Program-made: the position numbers and the translations under genes
The notes under the pieces: model-generated
What the model saw: only the letters and a program-made list of their open reading frames with translations
Databases searched by the model: none
What the model was told of the DNA's origin: nothing
DNA from: a virus
Lineage: Duplodnaviria; Caudoviricetes
Strand: one strand, 5' to 3'
IMG/VR virus record: IMGVR_UViG_3300005805_000391
Coordinates: 1 to 26,896 of that record
DNA length: 26,896 nucleotides
Shown here: positions 22,532-26,896 of the stretch, piece by piece
How positions within the stretch are numbered: the first letter of the stretch is position 1
Layout of the letters: each line of letters opens with the position of its first letter

Positions 22532-25500
22532 GGGCGTATGCCCCCGACCGCCTCAAACCCGTTGATCAGATCGCGCTTGACGACGTTCTGTAGTTTGATG
22601 ATCTCCTCAAGCTGCGGTTTGCGCTCTTTTGGAGTCAACTCGGGGTTGGCGCGAATCTGGTTGGCCCTCTCCCGCAGTTGCTTGAGCGTGCCATTGACCG
22701 CTTGGTTGTAGAACTGCACCAGAGCATAGTCGGTAGAGTGATCTTGCAGGTAGTCCCGAAGGCGTTCCGGCTGATTCTTCAGTGCGTTGATTCGCTTCTC
22801 CATGCTCTGGATTTGCTTTTCAACCTTGCTGAACTCACGAGAGTCGACGTTGGATTTGGAGCCAAAGAAACTAGCGACAAGAGGAACATCGGAGCGGATG
22901 TCCGCTTCCTTGTACCCAGACAGAGTCATGCCCGCACTTGCCACACCGTTTACTGCCTTGGCTAAACCATCAATGTAGTTACTAGCGAAGAAGAACAGAG
23001 TGTTGGGGCTGACATCAATTGCGCCGTTGGTTATGTTAAACATGGTGCGCGCGGCGATCTTGTACGACTCCGGAATGTTGTCACCACCTGTATAGGCATC
23101 ACCAAACCGGGTCTGTTTGTTGTTATAGATTTCCCGTCCCAGTCCGTCAAGATTCATCATGTATTCCACGAACGGACGAGCAGCGGACGGCAGCGCCGAG
23201 TCGATCACGAATGCCGGAAGATTCTCAACCGGATTAATACGCGACACAGGCAGCGGCATGAATGAGTCGAGGAACGTCGTCAGTATGTTGCCAAACGCAT
23301 CGGGGATGCTGTTCCTGCCTGTTAGCAGAGATGCAAACTGAGCGCCAGCCGACGCGAAGAACCCGAGACCGAAGCCCCACGGAATCTGCAAGAAAGTATC
23401 TGTGCCGGGTATGGGGAACCGAGCGTAGCGCGACCACCGCGCCATGTCGTCCATCAAAACTCTGTTGCGCCCTTCATCGTCATCTCCGGACATCATAGCG
23501 GCCATCCAATAGGCCACCATACCCATCCCTATTAGCCCCATCGTCATGCGCCGAACACTAGCACGGCGCTGTTTCATCACCTTGACTGCGGTGTTGATCT
23601 GACTTTCGCTTGCCCCGGTTTGAGCTGCTTCAAGCCGGAACATCTTCTCATCAAATTTCAGAACGGGGGCAATCGCTTCAATCGCTCTGACTGCGCCAGT
23701 GGCAGCGGGACGGAAGAACATGAACAGCGCGCCCATCTCCTTGCCGTACCTACCAACCTGCTCAAAGTTGGCTAGGTTTTTCGCATACTCAACCGCCTGA
23801 ATCGTCGCGTCATCCACAGCAGCTTTTTCTGCCATTCCCTGCGCTTTGTTTTTTGTCGTGAGGTTATCGCGCATGACACGGAAAGTTGCCACACGGCTGG
23901 ACAACTCAAACATGTCGTTGTAGATGTCGAGAAAATTATCAATCTGCTTCTTCTTGAGAAGGGTGGCAATTTTGTTTGCGCCCACCTGCCGTACACCCAC
24001 TTCCTCAATCAATTGATCGAGTGCGCCTTTAGCTGCGACACCTTGCAGGTATGAGACCTTGCCGCCCTTCTCAACATACTCTTGCAGGTCTTTGTAGTAC
24101 GGGTCTTTTTCCGCGAGACGCTTGATCTCATCGAACTTGCCACGGTTGTACAAGATCGAATACTTGAGCGCCTTGCCCAGACCGCCGCTGGCTACATCGG
24201 CAGAAATCTGAGTTATCAGCCGCCCGCTTTCAACTGGACCAAACTCTGCGCCTAGCGTGAAGGCGTTGGTGAGCAAGTCGCGCACATAGTTCATCGGAGC
24301 AAACGCAGGGTTGTACCGCGTGTGCATCATCCCGATGCCGCTGGTGATACGGTTGGCTAGGTCAATCAGCGGATTGGTCTCTCGGAACTGCCTGCGGATT
24401 GCCTCGCTCATGTCTTTGCCAGCAATCTTGACAATCGTGATCGACCCGTCTTTGTTGTAGTGGAAGATTTTGTCGGGACCAGCCATGGTCTCTTTGTTGG
24501 CGTTGCCGAGATACCGATCTTCAAACGGAATCGTCCCTACGATCTTGCCATTCAAAAGCTTTTGTTCTACCGCGTTCTTGATCGCCAAGGTCAGGTCACG
24601 CCTACCGGCGCGCAGGGCTGAAGACGCGCCATCAGCAAGCGCCTGAAGAATCGGGTTTTCTGACTCAGACAGACGCCCTTCAAACCTGTCCTGCCCTTCC
24701 TGAAGTTCTCCTCCAAGCAAGCGTGAACCGATCTCAAGCTGCTCATCGACTTCCCGCTTACCCGGACGCCCCTTGAACGGCACGTAGTTTTTGAAGCCGT
24801 AAAAGTCAACGACGTTTTGCGTAGGGATTGAGAAGTAGTTTGCTTCGCGGTTGAGCTTGATGCCCATCTCAGAGACCGCCTTGATCGCATCAGCTACGGC
24901 CTGAATTTCTTTAGCTTCGCTCTGCGTGTCCAGCACCCGTCTGAGAGCCTCGATCTCACGCGGAGAACGATCAGCGATCACGTTGTACGCGCTGCCGCCT
25001 TGATTGAACAACTCTGGAGATTTAGCTTTCTTCAGCCCGTCGTGATTGGCAGGATCATCAACAACGGCATCCAGCGCCTTACGAAGTTTCTGCGCATACT
25101 CAGTGCGCGTATCTTCAGGCAGGCTGTTCATGTTGCTCGACAGTGCCTTGAGCACGGCGTCACGGAAGCCCGCCGCTGAATACGAGGGGTTGGCAAAAAG
25201 CGCCTGCATACCCGCATCGCCCTGAAACATATCAGCAACCACCAGCTTTTGAGTGGTGTCGTCAAGGGGCACGTTGAGCAGATACTTCACCCTACGACGC
25301 TCAGGCTCATGCCGCGCCTCAAGAATCAGATGCAGTCGAGAAAGCGCGGGTTTGAGGTCGATGTTCAACTTTTTGGCGTACGCATCTATAGCGTTATGAA
25401 CATCCTCCGTCAGGCTCTTCATGTTGGTGTTGTAGATGTTTACACCCATAGCAGCAGAGCGCGTGATCTGACCGTAGATGTTGTTGAGCTTGTCAGACAG

Positions 25501-26895
25501 ACGATCCACCATACCAAGAAGCGAAAGCCTATCCTCCCACCGCTTCAAACGGTATCTGTCGTTCTGGAACCGTTCAGTAAGCCATATTGCGCCCTGCTTG
25601 GTGAACAGACCGCTGATCTTTCGGGCTACGCCTTTTTCTTCCAGCTTTGTATCGTTAAGCGCGTTGTTGACAAGCTCGTCGTCTGTCATCTCGCCCTTGG
25701 CTTTGACAGGTTCAGCCTGCTTGACTTCTTGCGCGGGCAGCGGTGCCATCTCCACACCACCCAACGGAGGCGGGGCAACAATATCCATGAACGAAGCAAA
25801 CATCTCCGTATTCATGGTTTGAGCGGCCAGCCCAGCGCGTTCTAGCACCTCTTTATCAGTGCCGCGCGCCGCCTCCATTTGCTTCTTCGTTATCTCGTAG
25901 ATTTGTCTTTCAGCGTCGAACGGTGCGCGGAGCTTGACGCCTAGCTGTTCTACGTCTTTGCTGGTAAAGCCCAGCATAGAGGCAACAGACTTGACGAATC
26001 GTTGCCACACCGTTTCGTCTTTTACGTACGAACGCTCTTTAGGCACTTTGAGTTTGGACAACTCCGACATGAAGTTCTCGTTGGTCATGCCGTAACCAAC
26101 AAACTCAAAAAGATTGTCGTAAGCACGGGGGAATGTGCCTGACAATTCTGCGCGCGATGCGTCCATGAGGTATTGCATGTGCTCAACACCACGCCGCTGC
26201 TCTGCCGTTAGCTTGCCGCCTTTGAGATAGGTGTCGATGACCCTGATCGTCGCGTCATGCACGTACTCATGCAGAAGGATGTCGGGGTTTCGCGCCGCTC
26301 CTTCCGTGACTTCAATCTTGCGCGTCCTAGGGTTGTATTGCGCTACGCGGCCATCTGGCAACGACTTGACCAACTCAATTTGAGGGAACAAGTCCTTGGA
26401 AAACAAAAACTGTGCAACTGCGCGGTGTATCGGATTGGGAGCAGCAGTGCGCAGCATGTTGAGGAACGACCTACTGTTCCCCGCTTTCAATTCACGGTCT
26501 ACATAAGCAGGTATGCTTCTGCCTCCCATGATGGACGGACGCCCTGTGCGCGTTTCGCGCCCAGCAGCAGTAAGAGGTTTGGCAGGCCCGCGCTGCGACT
26601 TTTCAGCAGGGGCAGCGGTAGTAGTGATGGATGCGGCCTCTTCAGGAGCCTCCTTCGCGTCCATCGCGGCGTCGACATCCGTCAGTTCATAGCCTTCTTG
26701 TGCGGCGTATTGCCGCGCCTCATCGAATAGAACTTCAGCGCGATTGACGTTGATGCCATATACCTCGGCAAACTCTTCCGGCGTGCTGCCAGATTGAATT
26801 GCGCTTACGGCGTCAAACAGAAGTGGGTCTTCTTCTAGTTCTAAATCTTTTTTCGTGCGGCCTTCTACAGGAGCCGGAGCGGGAGATCGGAAGAG
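22528..26895 (-). CDS. Giant virion/ejection-type polyvalent protein, 5'-truncated (>1450 aa), with a zincin-like HExxH and an LPD38-like C-terminus
   Basis: The frame stays open from 26664 to the window edge (checked by hand); ILLHEYVHDAT; C-terminal IPWGFGLG...RPFVEYMMNLDGLGREIY. Confidence 0.85.
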   Translation of the reverse strand, partial: LFRSPAPAPVEGRTKKDLELEEDPLLFDAVSAIQSGSTPEEFAEVYGINVNRAEVLFDEARQYAAQEGYELTDVDAAMDAKEAPEEAASITTTAAPAEKSQRGPAKPLTAAGRETRTGRPSIMGGRSIPAYVDRELKAGNSRSFLNMLRTAAPNPIHRAVAQFLFSKDLFPQIELVKSLPDGRVAQYNPRTRKIEVTEGAARNPDILLHEYVHDATIRVIDTYLKGGKLTAEQRRGVEHMQYLMDASRAELSGTFPRAYDNLFEFVGYGMTNENFMSELSKLKVPKERSYVKDETVWQRFVKSVASMLGFTSKDVEQLGVKLRAPFDAERQIYEITKKQMEAARGTDKEVLERAGLAAQTMNTEMFASFMDIVAPPPLGGVEMAPLPAQEVKQAEPVKAKGEMTDDELVNNALNDTKLEEKGVARKISGLFTKQGAIWLTERFQNDRYRLKRWEDRLSLLGMVDRLSDKLNNIYGQITRSAAMGVNIYNTNMKSLTEDVHNAIDAYAKKLNIDLKPALSRLHLILEARHEPERRRVKYLLNVPLDDTTQKLVVADMFQGDAGMQALFANPSYSAAGFRDAVLKALSSNMNSLPEDTRTEYAQKLRKALDAVVDDPANHDGLKKAKSPELFNQGGSAYNVIADRSPREIEALRRVLDTQSEAKEIQAVADAIKAVSEMGIKLNREANYFSIPTQNVVDFYGFKNYVPFKGRPGKREVDEQLEIGSRLLGGELQEGQDRFEGRLSESENPILQALADGASSALRAGRRDLTLAIKNAVEQKLLNGKIVGTIPFEDRYLGNANKETMAGPDKIFHYNKDGSITIVKIAGKDMSEAIRRQFRETNPLIDLANRITSGIGMMHTRYNPAFAPMNYVRDLLTNAFTLGAEFGPVESGRLITQISADVASGGLGKALKYSILYNRGKFDEIKRLAEKDPYYKDLQEYVEKGGKVSYLQGVAAKGALDQLIEEVGVRQVGANKIATLLKKKQIDNFLDIYNDMFELSSRVATFRVMRDNLTTKNKAQGMAEKAAVDDATIQAVEYAKNLANFEQVGRYGKEMGALFMFFRPAATGAVRAIEAIAPVLKFDEKMFRLEAAQTGASESQINTAVKVMKQRRASVRRMTMGLIGMGMVAYWMAAMMSGDDDEGRNRVLMDDMARWSRYARFPIPGTDTFLQIPWGFGLGFFASAGAQFASLLTGRNSIPDAFGNILTTFLDSFMPLPVSRINPVENLPAFVIDSALPSAARPFVEYMMNLDGLGREIYNNKQTRFGDAYTGGDNIPESYKIAARTMFNITNGAIDVSPNTLFFFASNYIDGLAKAVNGVASAGMTLSGYKEADIRSDVPLVASFFGSKSNVDSREFSKVEKQIQSMEKRINALKNQPERLRDYLQDHSTDYALVQFYNQAVNGTLKQLRERANQIRANPELTPKERKPQLEEIIKLQNVVKRDLINGFEAVGGIRP

Positions 26896-26896
26896 C

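Larger units (their letters stand above)
1..26896. mobile_element. Tailed dsDNA bacteriophage genome segment (early, replication and end of virion module)
   Basis: Dense co-oriented ORFs with many ATGA stop/start overlaps; phage-type polA, SNF2 helicase, primase-DUF927, VRR-NUC, DUF3310; convergent giant virion-type protein; no host housekeeping genes. Confidence 0.96.

Noticed and set aside
26053-26068. TTTGGACAACTCCGAC, a weak palindrome-like site in the virion gene
   Set aside because: It has two mismatches in one arm and no flank, which is within chance expectation.
25249-26730. Plus-strand ORFs 25249..25845, 25478..25822 and 26257..26730
   Set aside because: Antisense shadows of the giant minus-strand gene.

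Overview
The window is a ~27-kb piece of a tailed dsDNA phage genome. It is podovirus-like, and the host is probably a proteobacterium, possibly a freshwater betaproteobacterium (inference). On the + strand, 1-11.6 kb is an early/accessory region: two stand-alone promoter-gene-terminator cassettes, a ~0.9-kb non-coding repeat-rich region that looks like an origin, many small ORFs, and a TraR-like Zn finger / DUF3150-like / MoxR-type AAA+ / metallopeptidase-vWA module followed by VRR-NUC, an NrdR-like Zn ribbon and DUF3310. The stretch 11.9-22.5 kb is a replication module: family A DNA polymerase (Leu762 type), Cas4/RecB-like nuclease, HNH, SNF2 helicase, putative SSB, HTH and an AEP primase-DUF927 helicase. 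On the - strand is the 3' part of a giant virion/ejection-type protein (HExxH plus an LPD38-like end), open to the window edge. The most striking unexplained signal is a 16-bp palindrome, GTCGG-N6-CCGAC, often with a TTAGTGA-like flank. It has 11 perfect copies, 9 of them in the first 8.3 kb, at promoters and inside genes. Also notable are an iteron-like TTCCA array with adjacent IHF and DnaA consensus sites, and a promoter-to-terminator ~170-nt structured RNA upstream of the helicase that displays anti-Shine-Dalgarno-like sequence. All family assignments come from motif recognition by eye, not database searches. No tRNA, rRNA, CRISPR array or integrase was seen.
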